A DNA stretch of 64,000 bases from Squalus acanthias (Eukaryota), in NCBI GenBank assembly GCA_030390025.1, contig CM059452.1, positions 7,626,001 through 7,690,000 on the forward strand, given 5' to 3'. Below are positions 24,554 to 37,617 of this stretch, one piece after another (the first letter of the stretch is position 1; each line of letters opens with the position of its first letter). The translations under genes and the position numbers were made by a program. The notes under the pieces were generated by a model. That model was not told the origin of the DNA. It saw only the letters and a list, made by a program, of their open reading frames with translations, and ran no database searches.

Positions 24554-26033
24554 CTGCTGGAACATAACAAGGTCAGCGGGATAGCGGGCAGTGTGGAGAG
24601 AAACGGGGACTTTCTAAACTTGTGACCAGAAGGTGCTGATTTAAAATATACCCAAATAAACAGCAAGCAGGGAGCAACTGATAAGCATTGGGGAAACTTT
24701 CCTCTGGTGCTTCTTGGTTGAATACATCCTGAGCATAATGAAAAGATGTGTTTAGAGAATTTATACCAGTTCATAAATTTTAGATATTGCAGCAGAAACA
24801 CTGCCCAAACAATTTGACATTGTGTTCCAGCCGTTCAAGGAGCTGAACACACCGGGCAAACCCAGCGGCAGGTCTATAACATCAAGGGAACGCGCTGATT
24901 GTGTGCAGCAAATATGATCAAAACTTTGTATTTACATAAAGCCTTATTCAGTGTGTTCAGATTCCCCAAAGCGTTTCTGGTGTGTGGTCAAGTAATAACT
25001 GAGTTACATATTTAGGCTGATTTACTTCTGAATAAACCACCTATCATCGTTATTTTGATTAATCTAAATTTTGAAATTTGTTTTATTCGTGTTGCTAGTA
25101 TCACCTGATCTATCAAGCGCAGTTTATTTCTTGTTTAAGCTCTAATTGCCAGAACACGGCGAAATTCACCTTTCTTCGTGTCATCTGGCATTTTCTTAAG
25201 AGTCTGTTCCGCAGCACCGCGTGCAATGTTTGGGCCAGCCACCAGGGGGCGGCAGGACTCCACCCTTCCGCTCAGTGAAGACCCCACCTTAGTTTCAGAT
25301 GGAGTTTGTCAACTGGATATGAGGAACCATTTGGCTGCCGGAAATTATTGCAATGGATCTAAACCAAACTCCTGATTTGAAGATCTGAAACACAGAGGAA
25401 CCGTCAAGTCACCAAATTGGTACAATGTTTGTTTAAAAAGCAAGGTGGTGACACCGAGAATTCTATATACTTTAATGAACGACCACTGACGGTGAAGGAA
25501 GGGGAGCGGTTACAATGATCAATATGAGGTGATGTCAGTCACGTGTTGAATTGATTCAGGAACATTTTTTAATTCATGTTTTTAATTCATGTGAACGTCG
25601 CTAGCAAGACCGGCATGTACATTCCATCTTCTACTTGCACTGATACAACTGACGGTCTTGCTGGGCCGCTTCATAAGGCAGCTAAGTGTCAACCACATTG
25701 GTGTGGGACTGGTCTGGAGTCACCATTTCAAGGCAACGGGGGACCGGCAATAAAGGTGGCCTCGCCAGCGACACCTGCAGCCCGAGAATGAATTAACACG
25801 CCACTTCTATTTATCCAATCAAACTGGGTCTCTCTCGGTCATATGTCCAGTCATCGCAAGGACCGTTCATGGACGGTTCCGATTGGTTTAAACTGGATCA
25901 CGTGATTTGTCATTGAAGAATATTGCCGCGAGCTGCTCAGTGCAAAGACTGGATCAGCTTCCCAGCAAAGGAGAGATTATTGGAAATCAGCTCGACCCGG
26001 AGAGGCCCACACAGGATGGGATTGTCGGAGATC

Positions 26034-26490
26034 ATGTATTTCAAATTCATTCTTTTGACTACACTCACCTGCTCAGCATTTGGTAAATCTTTAAAGGATG
26101 ATATAGTACAAAGCTACGATAAACAAAGTTTCATAATAAACCCACAATTAACCTCCAATCAATACTTTCAGTCTTTCCATCAGATCTGAGTCAGGGAGAT
26201 TGTGTCTCAGGATTGGTCGGCTGCAGTCCTGAAAATGGGACAGACTTTCAGGACGCTATTTAACAACAACAGGCTGGTACGACCTGTACTAGTACCGAAA
26301 GTATCCCGATACACCCCCGGAGATAATCGTGTGGTGAAGTTACAGCAACAGTTGGGGAAAGGCACAAAATATGGGGAATCGCTTCACTTCTGAATTAAAG
26401 ACATGTTCAGAAGTGCCTATTTTAACCGTCCAGGATCTCCAGCTGAATGACACGGCGCTGTACATCTGTGGATTCGCCCCATCGCTCCGA
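26034..26490 (+). pseudogene. TCR V pseudogene (V-f): leader 26034-26082, V exon from 26184, frameshifts and a W-to-stop change
   Basis: MYFKFILLTTLTCSAF leader; pieces SQDWSAAV, DLY*YRKYPDTPPEII, QLNDTALYICG. Confidence 0.85.
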
Positions 26491-26529
26491 CACAGTGATA
26501 TGACCTAGTTCTCCTCTCGTACAAAAACT
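26491..26529 (+). promoter_or_regulatory. 23-RSS of V-f
   Basis: CACAGTG-23 bp-ACAAAAACT. Confidence 0.92.
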
Positions 26530-26611
26530 GCCTGCGGTCTATTTTGGCGGAGGATGAGTTTCAGTGCGGTCAGATAGAGCTGCAGCACAGAGTGCAATTC
26601 CTGTGGGCTGA

Positions 26612-27055
26612 ATCATTGAATCATACAGCACAGAAGGAGGTCACGGTGTCTGTGCCGGCTCTTTGAAAGAGCTGTCCGATTAGTCCAGTTCCCGGATTTT
26701 TTTACCCATAGCCCTACAGATTTTTGCTTTTCAAGTATATATCCAATTCTCTTTTGAAAGTTATTATTGAATCTGCTTCCACCACCTTCCCAGGCAGTGC
26801 GTTACAGATCATAACGACTGAGTGCCGAAACAAATTTGTCCTCCTCTCCCTTCTGTTGTTTTTGTAAATTATCTTAAATCTGTGTCCTCCAGTTACCGAC
26901 CCTTGTGTCAGTGGAAACAATTTCTCCCTATCTACTCTATCAAATCTCCTCATAATTTTGAACACTGCTATTAATTGTCCTCTCAACTTTCTCTGCTCTA
27001 TTGAGAACAAAACCAGTTTCTCTAATCTCTCCACATAACTGAAGTCTTTCATCCC
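26612..27055 (-). mobile_element. CR1 LINE 3' fragment
   Basis: ORF 26714..27052 SYVERLEKL..GHRFKI. Confidence 0.85.
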
Positions 27056-27109
27056 TACATAGCAAGAGAGCCCCAGGTGGGCAGAGGAAACGCTTCAAGG
27101 ACACCCTGC

Positions 27110-27660
27110 ATCCTACAGTTTTGATCTCCTTACCTAAGGAAGGATATACTTGCCATAGAGAGAGTCCAACGATGGTTCACCAGACTGATTTATGGGATGG
27201 GAGGATTGTCCTACTAGGAGAGATTGAGTAGACTAGGCCTATATTCTCTCGATTTTCGAAGAATGAGAGGTGATCTCATTGAAACATACAAAATTCTGAC
27301 AGGGCTTGACAGGGTAGATGCAGGGAGGATGATTCCCCTGGCTGGGGAGTCCAGAACCGGGGTCACAGTCTCAGAATAAGGGGTCGGGCATTTAGGACTG
27401 AGATGAGGGGAAACTTCTTCATTCAGAGGGTGGTGAATCTTTGGAATTCTCTACCCCAGAGGGCTGTGGAGGCTCAGTCGTTGAGTATATTTAAGGTAGA
27501 GATCAATAAATTTTTGGATGTTAAAGGGAACAAGGTTTATGGGGATAGTGCAGGAAAGTGGAGTTGAGGTGGAGGATCAGTAATGGTCTTATTGAATGGC
27601 AGAGCTGGCTCGTGGTACCGAATGGCCTACTCCTGCTCCTATTTTTTGTGTTCTTATGTT
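27110..27660 (+). mobile_element. CR1 LINE 3' fragment
   Basis: same family as 12652-13308, ending CCTACTCCTGCTCCTATT..TTCTTATGTT. Confidence 0.85.
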
Positions 27661-27749
27661 ACCTGAGATAAGGCCTATTATAATATAAACAAAGTAATGG
27701 GCTGTAACAAATAAGGGAGGTCCCAGTGCAATAATTACTGATACAGCGA

Positions 27750-28058
27750 CTAGTGTAATATAAACTGAGGCAGGGTCTAGTGTAATATAAACAGAGACAG
27801 CGTCTAGTGTAATATAAACAGAGACAGGGTCTAGTGCAGTAATAACTGAGACGGGGCCTAGTGTAATATAAACAGAGACAGGGTCTGGTGCAGTAATAAC
27901 TGAGACGGGGCCTAGTGTAATATAAACAGAGACAGGGTCTAGTGCAGCAATAACTGAGACGGGGCCTAGTGTAATATAAACAGAGACAGGGTCTAGTGTA
28001 ATATAAACAGAGACCGGGTCTAATGTAATATAAACAGAGACAGGGTCTAATGTAATAA
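27750..28058. repeat. 27-bp minisatellite block 1
   Basis: CTAGTGTAATATAAACAGAGACAGGGT units. Confidence 0.92.
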
Positions 28059-29087
28059 TAGTCAGATAATTACAAATATATCAACCTCATGTCAGGTACA
28101 GGTACAGACAGTTTCATTTTTACCATCACTTGCACCAATCATCACACACTCGAGGTGTATGTCAGGAGATTCTGTGTGATGCTGAGGTGATCACTGGACA
28201 ATAAACCACAGAGACTGGTGGGTAGCTGCTCATTATCCTCGGTGTGATTTCATTCCCTTTCCAACTGAATACTGCGGACAGACAGGCTCACCATGGTAAC
28301 GGACTGGTCAGTGTGACATCACTTTCTAAACAAGAGCACTCAAGAGAATCGGTTATTAATAAATGTTAAATGTTAAAGATATTAAGCAATTTGCAATTAC
28401 ATTTGGAATAAAAGAAAATGTTCAAAAATAATTGTGAAGATAATCATTTATCATTGCAGAATGCATTTGCAAACATCAAAAATGATGTATTTTTACACAC
28501 ACACTCACACTGACACTCACACATATAGCAAACACTTTGTAAGCGCTCTTTTCAGTTGTTCCTCTTAACCAGATTGTAAATGATATGGTGGACATTAGGA
28601 CCCTGCATCCGCCCATGCGGAGGTGCTGTAAGGTCATGGTTCCAGCTGCTGTCACCCAATCAGTGGGTGAAAGCTAAATAGAAAATAATGAAGGAAAAAA
28701 ATCCTTAACATTAAAAAAATTGTGAGCAATTGCACATTCCAACACAAGTATCAATTAGTAAAATTTAACACAACGGAGTTTGCTACTAAGTAGTGCAAAG
28801 TGCAGTGAACTATTGCTCACCTTTAGCCCTGTCCCTCGATCCCAGTTCATCTCTGTGAGATTGTTACAAGATTCACCCCATCCTTTCAACACAAATATGA
28901 CCGACAAAATACCAGATCAATTAAAAATCGCACGCTGCTCCTGATACTGATGAACAACAGCAAAGGTATGCTTCCAACCATAAATGTTTGCATCCTCCCG
29001 CCCATTCACACATATAGCTTCATTTACATTAATACCTGTCTATCCATCCAGCAGAGATATGGTCCAGAACAATGATAGCTGCGAAAG

Positions 29088-30985
29088 GGCCTAGTGTAAT
29101 ATAAACAGAGACAGGGTCTAGTGTAATATAAACAGAGACAGGGTCTAGTGTAATATAAACAGAGACAGGGTACAGTGTAATATCAACAGAGACAGAGTCT
29201 AGTGTAATATAAACAAAGACAGGGTCCAGTGTAATATAAACAGAGACAGGGTCTAGTGTTATATAAACAGAGACAGGGTCTGCTGTAATATAAACAGAGA
29301 CAGAGTCTAGTGTAATATAAACAGAGACAGGGTCTAGTGGAATATAAACAGAGACAGGGTCTAGTGTAATATAAACAGAGACAGGGTCCAGTGCAGGAAT
29401 AACTGATGCAGAGCCTAGTGTACTATAAACAGAGACAGAGTCTAGTGTAATATAAACGGAGACAGGGCCTAGTGTACTATAAACAGAGACAGAGTCTAGT
29501 GTAATATAAACGGAGACAGGGTCTAGTGTAATATAAACAGAGACAGTGTCTAAGGTAATATAAACAGAGACAGCGTCGAGTGTAATATAAACAGAGACAG
29601 GGTCTAGTGTAATATAAACAGAGACAGGGTCCAGTGCAGTAATAACTGATGCAGAGCCTAGTTTAATATAGAGAGAGAGACAAGGTCTAGTGTTATATAA
29701 ACAGAGACAGGGTCTAGTGTAATACAAACAGAGACAGCGTCGAGTGTAATATAAACAGAAACAGGGTCTACTGCAGTAATAACTGAGACAGGGCCTAGTG
29801 TAATATAAACAGAGACAGGGTCTACTGTAATATAAACAGAGACAGGGTCTAGTGTAATATAAACAGAGTCAGGGTCTAGTGTAATATAAACAGAGACAGG
29901 GTCTAGTGTAACATCAACAGCGACAGGATCTAAATTAATATAAACAGAAACAGGGTCTAGTGTAATATTAACAGAGACAGGGTCTAGTGTAATATAAACA
30001 GAGACAGGGTCTAGTGTAATATAAAAAGAGACAGGGTCTAGTGTAATATAAACAGAGTCAGGGTCTAGTCTAATATAAACAGACACAGGGTCTCGTGTAA
30101 TATAAACAGAGGCAGGAACTAGTGTAATATACACAGAGAAACGGTCCAGTGTAATAGAAACAGAGACAGGGTCTCGTGTAACATAAACATGGACAGGATC
30201 TAGTGTAATATAAACAGTGACAAGGTCCAGTGCAGTAATAACTGAAACAGTGTCTAGTGTAATATAAACAGAGACAGGGTATAGTTTAATATAAACAGAG
30301 ACAGGGTCTAGTGCAATACAAACAGAGACAGGATCTAGTGTAATATAAACAGAGACAGGGACTAGTGTAATATAAACAGAGACAGGGTCTAGTGTAATAT
30401 AAACAGAGACAGAGTCTAGTGTAATATAAACAGAGGCAGGATCTAGTGTAATATAAACAGAGACAGGGTCTAGTGCAGTAATAACTGAGACAGGACCTCG
30501 TGTAATATAAACAGAAACAGGGCCTAGTGCAGTAATAGCTGAGACAGGGTCTATTGTAATATTAGCAGTGATATGGTCTAGTGTAATATAAACAGAGACA
30601 GGGTCTAAAGCAGTAATAACTGAGACAGGGCCTCGTGCAATATAAACAGAGACGGGGTCTAGTGTAATTTTAACAGAGGCAGGCTCTAGTGCAGTAATAA
30701 CTGAGACAGGGCCTCGTGTAATATAAACAGAAACAGGGCCTAGTGCAGTAATAGCTGAGACAGGGTCTATTGTAATATTAGCAGTGATATGGTCTAGTGT
30801 AATATAAACAGAGACAGGGTCTAGAGCAGTAATAACTGAGACAGGGCCTCGTGCAATATAAACAGAGACAGGGTCTAGTGTAATTTTAACAGAGGCAGGC
30901 TCTAGTGCAGTAATAACAGAGACAGGGTCTAGTGTAATATAAATAGGGACAGGTTCTGCTGCTCTAATAACAGAGGCAGGGCCTG
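29088..30985. repeat. 27-bp minisatellite block 2
   Basis: same unit; produces spurious VYITLDPVS ORFs. Confidence 0.95.
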
Positions 30986-31664
30986 CTTAGTGGAAGGCAA
31001 ACAATCGAGCTTTCGCTGCCACCTGGTGGCAAAGCTTTGCCATTGCTCCTATTAGGAAAATTAAGATGTCAGTTACTGTTTCTGATATTAATGCATCAAG
31101 AAGCAGCTTGCGTTGAAGTACCACCTCATCACATTCTACGGGAGTTCCCAAAGGATTTAAAGTGCAACTAATTGCAGGTGACCGTGGCCGATAAGCGCAC
31201 AGAAAGATCAGCAAAAGAGCAAAGTGGCTCGATTCCTGTTACTGTATTTCTGTTGAACTTGGTTGAAGGGAGGAATGTTGACCCGGACACAGTCTGGGGC
31301 CCTGGAATCTTTAATGTCCACCTCAACAGAAAAGGTGTGGCGGGAGGGGAGAGATTATTCGTTCAGGAAAGGTCGTTCCTTTTCAGTGCTGCACCGATTG
31401 GACGCCTAGTTTAAGTGCTTAGCTTCTGAAGTTGAGGTGAAGTCTACAATCTACTGATTCTGAAACCGGAATAAAGTCACTTTAGCCAAGCTGTTACTAA
31501 AATGCTTAATGGGTTTAGGTGACATTTGCGCAAAGAAAGTGCAGCAAAACTATTTTAAAATAATACCGGTTAATATTTTTGATATTCAGCGTCCATATAT
31601 TAATATCACAAATAGTAACTTCAACAATACAACTACAAAACTTTTGATTCGTGCAATTTCAATG

Positions 31665-32188
31665 CACTGAATCATGGGATCTTACGGCACAGAAGGAGGC
31701 CATTCGGCCCATCGTGCCTGTGCCTGTTCCAGCTCTTTGAGTGAGCTATCCAATTAGTTTCACTCTCCTGTTCTGTCTCCAAAGCCTTGCAAATGTTTCC
31801 TTTCAAGTATTTATCCAATTCCCTTTTGAAAGATACTGTTGAATATGCTTCCGCCACCCTTTCAGGCAGTGCAATCCAGATCATAACAACTCGCTGCATT
31901 AAAGAATCTCCTCACATCCCCGCTGTTTTTTTGGCAATTATCTTAAATCTGTATCCTCTGGTTACCGACACTCCTGCCAGTGGAAACATGTCTCACTGTC
32001 AGCTCTATCAAAACCCTTCATGATTTTGAACAGTTCTATTAAATTTCATTTAACCCTCTCTGCTCTAAGGAGAACAATCCCACCTTCTCCAGTCTCTCCA
32101 CATAACTGAAGTCCATCATCCCTGGTACAATTCTAGTAAATCTCCTCTGCACCCTATCCAAGACCTTGACATCCTTCCTAATGTGTGG
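31665..32188 (-). mobile_element. CR1 LINE 3' fragment
   Basis: QRVVMIWIALPERV..FKRELDKYL. Confidence 0.8.
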
Positions 32189-35100
32189 ATTGAAATACAT
32201 TCAATCTTTATTTCTCCTTCAGATTATCTCTAAGGGAACATGCTCTCTTAAAATTGGACTGAGCAGTAATCTGAGTAGTATCAATATTGATAGCAATGAT
32301 ATTACTTGTTCTGACAGTGACCTGTGGGCACAGCAACATCGGCCTCTGCACGATTCATGTTTCAATAAGATCACTGTCGCCACCTGCTGATGCGCAACAT
32401 CCACTACAGACCCCTTAGTTTATTAAACATGATTCATAATTCCGCATTTACCGAGTTATGTTCACCTCGAGGAGTTTCTCAGGCGAACCAGAAGAGGGGC
32501 AATGGATCAGGAGGAATTTAGGGCGGAATGGCTAAAATTACTGTTATAAATTCAACTTCACCTCTTCTTTGGCCAAAACCTATCGAGCGGTCAGTTGAAG
32601 GGTTCCACAGGTGACAGCCGGGGATTCCAGGAAATGCTTCAGTGTTTTAACACCGCACACGCTGGTGTATTTCAGGCAAGAGCCGACACATAAACTGCAG
32701 GTGTTAGGTCGCGGGAGACTGTGACATGGTCCAATCTCACGGTGTAGTCCGAAGGAGAAGGATAACAATTCTTCCATCCACAATGTTTCCTCAATGTGTC
32801 ATAAACAGACAGATAGACAGAGAGATGTGTCGATCATTGTGTAACCAGAGCATATTGTAATTATTGACCACAAATTGATATGATTTAGAAAGTACCTGGA
32901 CTCCCAAATCCCTAAACTCCTCCACAAGAGTGGGAGTCAAATATACTTTCTGGCAGAGAATACCACATTCTCACCTCGCTCTGTGTAAATCATGTTTTCT
33001 AACCAGGAAATGTATCTTTTGCCGCGTCATATTTACAGCACAGGAACAGGCCATTCGGGCCAACAAGTCCATGCAAAAAAGACAATTTCTATCTTGTTTA
33101 TTTCGGTATCCAATATTAATAAAGCAGTAGGAACATAGGAACACAAGAGGAGGCCCTTTAGCCCCCCGAGACTGTTCCGCCATTCAGTTAGATCATGGCT
33201 GATCTGTATCATAACTCCATCCACCCGCCTTGGTTCCTAACCCTTAATACCCTTTCCTACAAACATCGACCCACCAATCTCTGGCAGCAATCAGAACTGA
33301 ATGCCACTGCCTGTTAACGCTTTCCAATTTTTAATAATTCCCGAGATGTGGGCACCCCGACAAGGCCGGAGTTGACTGCCCATCCCCTAGTTGTCCCTTG
33401 AGGAGGTGGTGGGGGGCCTTCTTCTTCAACCACTGCAGTTTCATACAACTGAGGGGCTCGCGAGGCCACTTCAAAGGACAGTTAAGAGTCAACCACATTG
33501 GTGTGGGACTACAGTGGTATATCGTTCAGACCAGATAAAGATGAGGACTGCAGGGTTCTTTCCCCAAAGGGACATTAGTGAACCAGTTGGGGTTTCACCA
33601 CAATCCCATAATTTCATGATCAGTCTAACTAACACCAGATTATTTCTTTCCAGTTTTTAAAAATCTGAATTGAAATGCCATGGTGGGATTTTAATTGATG
33701 AATTATTAGCCTAGGCCTCGGGATTGCTAATCCAGTCACATTACCACTACACTACTGCATCCTTCTATGCTCTCTGCCTGCCTCGGCCATTCTATGTGGC
33801 AAAGTATTCCAATGCTCCAACAAACCCCTATACCGATATCTCCTGACCTCTCTCTCTCTTATTGACAATTGTAATTTGATAAAGGTTTGGTTACAGACTC
33901 CTCAAGCAGAGGAATCAGTCTTCACATCTTCCCTCCAGTAAAGCTCTGCTAACAAGTAAGAAAAACTCGATTCGATCCCTTAGCCTTTAAAAACATGATG
34001 AAGGCCGACAGTATTGAGAAATATCATTTGTTTAGTAATATGAAGGCCCGGGAAATACCAATGCGTCCGGAAATCTCGCTCCGTCCATCTGTCGCTATTT
34101 CTGTTAGTTGGCGCAGAGACAGTTTGTTACTCCTGAGTGTGGGGTTATGAGCGGGAATGGGAACTGTACACAAACCACATTAATAATCCGTCGATTATGG
34201 GAGAGCGCCTCTTATACAAGGGGGAGGGGGTTAATCAGGAACCAATCAACTCGGAGCCATTCGCCCAAAATCACATCACCAATAACACTTCAATATTAAC
34301 AATTCATTTTAAAGCACTATGGGACATTAAGAAAGGGTTTGAAGCTGCACATTTGGACCATGAAACTTACGTGGATTCCCATATATTCCCATAATGGCTC
34401 CTCATTCCAGTCTTTATATCACTATACCACTCTCCACGAACCTAATCAGGTCCCAAAACAAAAGTACAACCTTCTGAGAAATATGAATCTGCTTGAATCT
34501 CATGTCACAGAGCACTGAGCCTATAACATGTCCAAAATTGTCATTCAAATCACCAAATTCAACAACTTCACCGACTCAGCTGTCTGCATGATGTACCATG
34601 TCCTCTCTAGTCATACATCTCCATCACACTGACCCCATCAACCTGAGCACATCTCAGTGATGTACTGACCTTACCCGCCCAACTGGTGAACAATTCATTT
34701 AGTGAATGAATGGACTGAATGGAAAGGCTCTGGGGACTGCGGTTAAAGGAGTTAAGGGCATTTTAATTTTCGACCACAATGTCCAAAACCCACGGGACAT
34801 ATTTCGCTGTGGCAATGATTACAATGAATATATGGCGGTAAAGAAAGTCACAGTTCATGCTCCTTTTATCCGTGTGTTCAGAATGGTGTGGCTGCACCCG
34901 TCTCACAGAGGAGCAAGGATTTAGGTAGAGAAGTGGAAAAGTTATGAACCCGTTGATCTACTATGTTTCCGCATTGATTGAAGTAATTCGGGTGAGGATA
35001 TATTGAGCGCTTTGTTGTACAATGAAAGGACCACATGTTCCAAAGATGATACTTGGCTCTTCTCAACCCAGACATGTGCTCGCTTTATATCTTGAGATGG

Positions 35101-35480
35101 AGTTTGCCCATCACCACAGAAGTATCATCAGTACCGCATGGATACCTTCATGCTTCTCTTCGTGATATTCAGCTCGTTAGAAATGGACACTGCATGGAGG
35201 GAAATGATACAGAAAATCAGGAAGGACTGGAGGCGCCAGACTGACACAAATGTAAAGGGGCTGCCTCGTGTTAGGAAGTAGAGACTCACAAAGGTGAGAA
35301 TGTGGAAACGCAACTTTAACGCCCATCCATCCATCCATCCATCCACCCATCCACCCATTCATTAATCCGTTCATCGACCGATTAATAAAAATTCAGACAA
35401 CTAACTATCCAGCTATTCTGCATCGTTACATCCATCTACGTAAACATGCATACTTATTTATTTCAGAATGTATCCTCTCT

Positions 35481-35737
35481 NNNNNNNNNNNNNNNNNNNN
35501 NNNNNNNNNNNNNNNNNNNNNNNNNNNNNNNNNNNNNNNNNNNNNNNNNNNNNNNNNNNNNNNNNNNNNNNNNNNNNNNNNNNNNNNNNNNNNNNNNNNN
35601 NNNNNNNNNNNNNNNNNNNNNNNNNNNNNNNNNNNNNNNNNNNNNNNNNNNNNNNNNNNNNNNNNNNNNNNNNNNNNNNNNNNNNNNNNNNNNNNNNNNN
35701 NNNNNNNNNNNNNNNNNNNNNNNNNNNNNNNNNNNNN
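35481..35737. other. assembly gap (N run)
   Basis: 257 N. Confidence 1.
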
Positions 35738-37257
35738 GTGATGTGCTGGACAGATCCTCCAGCTGACTGCTGCTGCTGACAGGATGTCTGAGACACTGGA
35801 TATATTTCCTATCCTGAGAGATGGGAACCTTTACATACAGTTACACAACGAAACAATTAAAATTGACTCCAGTACTGTTGTTGGGCAGATTTGTTTATCA
35901 ATAGGCCTCACTCACAATGTTAAGGGTTTGAAGTTGGCTTTCAGCCAAGCGGTCAGTAGTGAGGAAACAGATCTTTGATTCACTGCACAGAACCCCCAGA
36001 TGCTTCCTGTAAATGACATTCGGTGTTCAAGCCTCCCTGACGGCAGTCGGCTGGGTTGCTGCCAAATATTCTGTGGGGCAGATTGGCGTGAATATGAATG
36101 GGAAACAAGATGGCATTTAATTATTTGAACAATAAACTAATCAGCAGCGCTCTTACAAGAAAGAAACATTTTATATGGTAAACATCTAAAGAATTATTTT
36201 CGGTAAATTCCTTGCTCACGATATTTTAAAAAAGGATCAGAAAAAAGCAATTTGTTTCATATGCTAATTATTTTTTTAAAATTCCTAATAAAGATAATTC
36301 CAGATAATTCAGTCGGTTTATTCAGCACTGCACGAAGTGCTGGAGAGAGATTTTAGTGACTTCACACCCACACTGTAATGAGATCAGTGGCAATCGCAAA
36401 GTAAATAAAACAGCATGTGGAATTGCTTCGATCCCGCTGCACTTCCTTCAATATTCTTAGAGTTCTGAGCCTGACTGAAACTAAGGGCTCCCTTATTACT
36501 GATCAGCAGCCGCGCACTGTGCAGTTTAATTTGTGCTGATTTTGATTCCTAAACAACCCCTCTCAGAGCCCGGCTACCAATGGGCAGAGAAATGCCCAGT
36601 TTGTGATCTGTTTCAGCGGGAGATGAAGCATTTATTCTTGTGATATTCTGTAACATACCGCTATGTCCTGATATATTGTGTTCCTGATACCAGTGTATGT
36701 TACACAGTCGGGTGCTATTAACGTTCGCTGCAATGATTTGGATGCCGGGGTTTGCTGATTGCATCATCAGTTCTGATTCACCAGCTTCTATTTCAAGAAG
36801 CTGATCTGAAGCGGGCGGGCCCCACATTCATTCGTGTCTCTGTCAACTCACTCCTTAATTATCAGGCAAGCGGACTTATTTAACAACTAATTTTCAAAAG
36901 GCCGGGTCACAGACTTAGGGGCAGTCAGAGAAATGCAATGAGAGACACTTGTATAATGTGAGGGCTTTCTACTCATCTCTGGACCCAAATCGTGTAGCTA
37001 TAGCCATCCGCATTGTAAATAGAATCATATTACCCATCTCCCGCACTCAGATACATAGACCTAAAGCAATTCATAATATAGGGATACTTTATTGGTGCAG
37101 AGTGAAGGGATAGATTGCGGGAGATGGAATAACACATACTGGCAGTCTCTTCAGACCCTGATAATGTAATTTAATCTGAGAGAGTCACATCCGCTGTGAA
37201 GGAGTGAGGAAATAAAGGGATTTCATTGACAGTCCAGATATAAGTCCATTCTGTTGG

Positions 37258-37352
37258 TGACGTGGTAGGTGTGACGTGGATCCAATAGCCACCTCTATCA
37301 GGGAATCAATAGGCGGCGCCAGTAACCTCGCCCCCTTCTACCGGGTATTTAA
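37258..37352 (+). promoter_or_regulatory. IgH V promoter: two TGACGT (CRE-like) motifs, CCAAT, TATTTAA; no octamer seen
   Basis: TGACGT at 37258 and 37272, CCAAT at 37282, TATTTAA at 37346, ATG at 37445. Confidence 0.6.
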
Positions 37353-37444
37353 CTGCCGGTCACTGGGACCGCAATGCAACAGTCCGGGAGCGGGTTTGCT
37401 CAGTGAGTTCTTGCCGGAACCATTTCCCACACATTGCCAGGAGG

Positions 37445-37490
37445 ATGAGGTCGGCGATTTCTCTCAGTCTGTTGCTGGCTTTCTTATCCG
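37445..37490 (+). CDS. IGHV: IgM VH leader exon, cluster 2
   Basis: MRSAISLSLLLAFLSG|gtgagt. Confidence 0.95.
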
Positions 37491-37617
37491 GTGAGTTGTT
37501 TTTATTGTCCAAGTCTCTCACTGTTACTGTCTCAGTGTTAGTCTCTCTCTGGAATGTTACAGAGTCAGGAATCATTTCACCAGGATTAATCCTCGGGGTT
37601 GTTTATTGTTTTTACAG

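Noticed and set aside
28100-28850. minus-strand J-like NWDRGTGLKV (~28815-28848) and a C-like stretch (~28100-28325)
   Set aside because: No RSS, broken WGxG motif, no convincing Cys/Trp spacing
29029-30134. 232-aa and 158-aa VYITLDPVS-repeat ORFs
   Set aside because: By-product of a 27-bp (9-codon) repeat unit
32610-32880. V-like pieces LVYFRQEP..HCVTR
   Set aside because: Similarity at chance level without an alignment search
35446-35796. ORFs spanning X residues
   Set aside because: Assembly gap artefact
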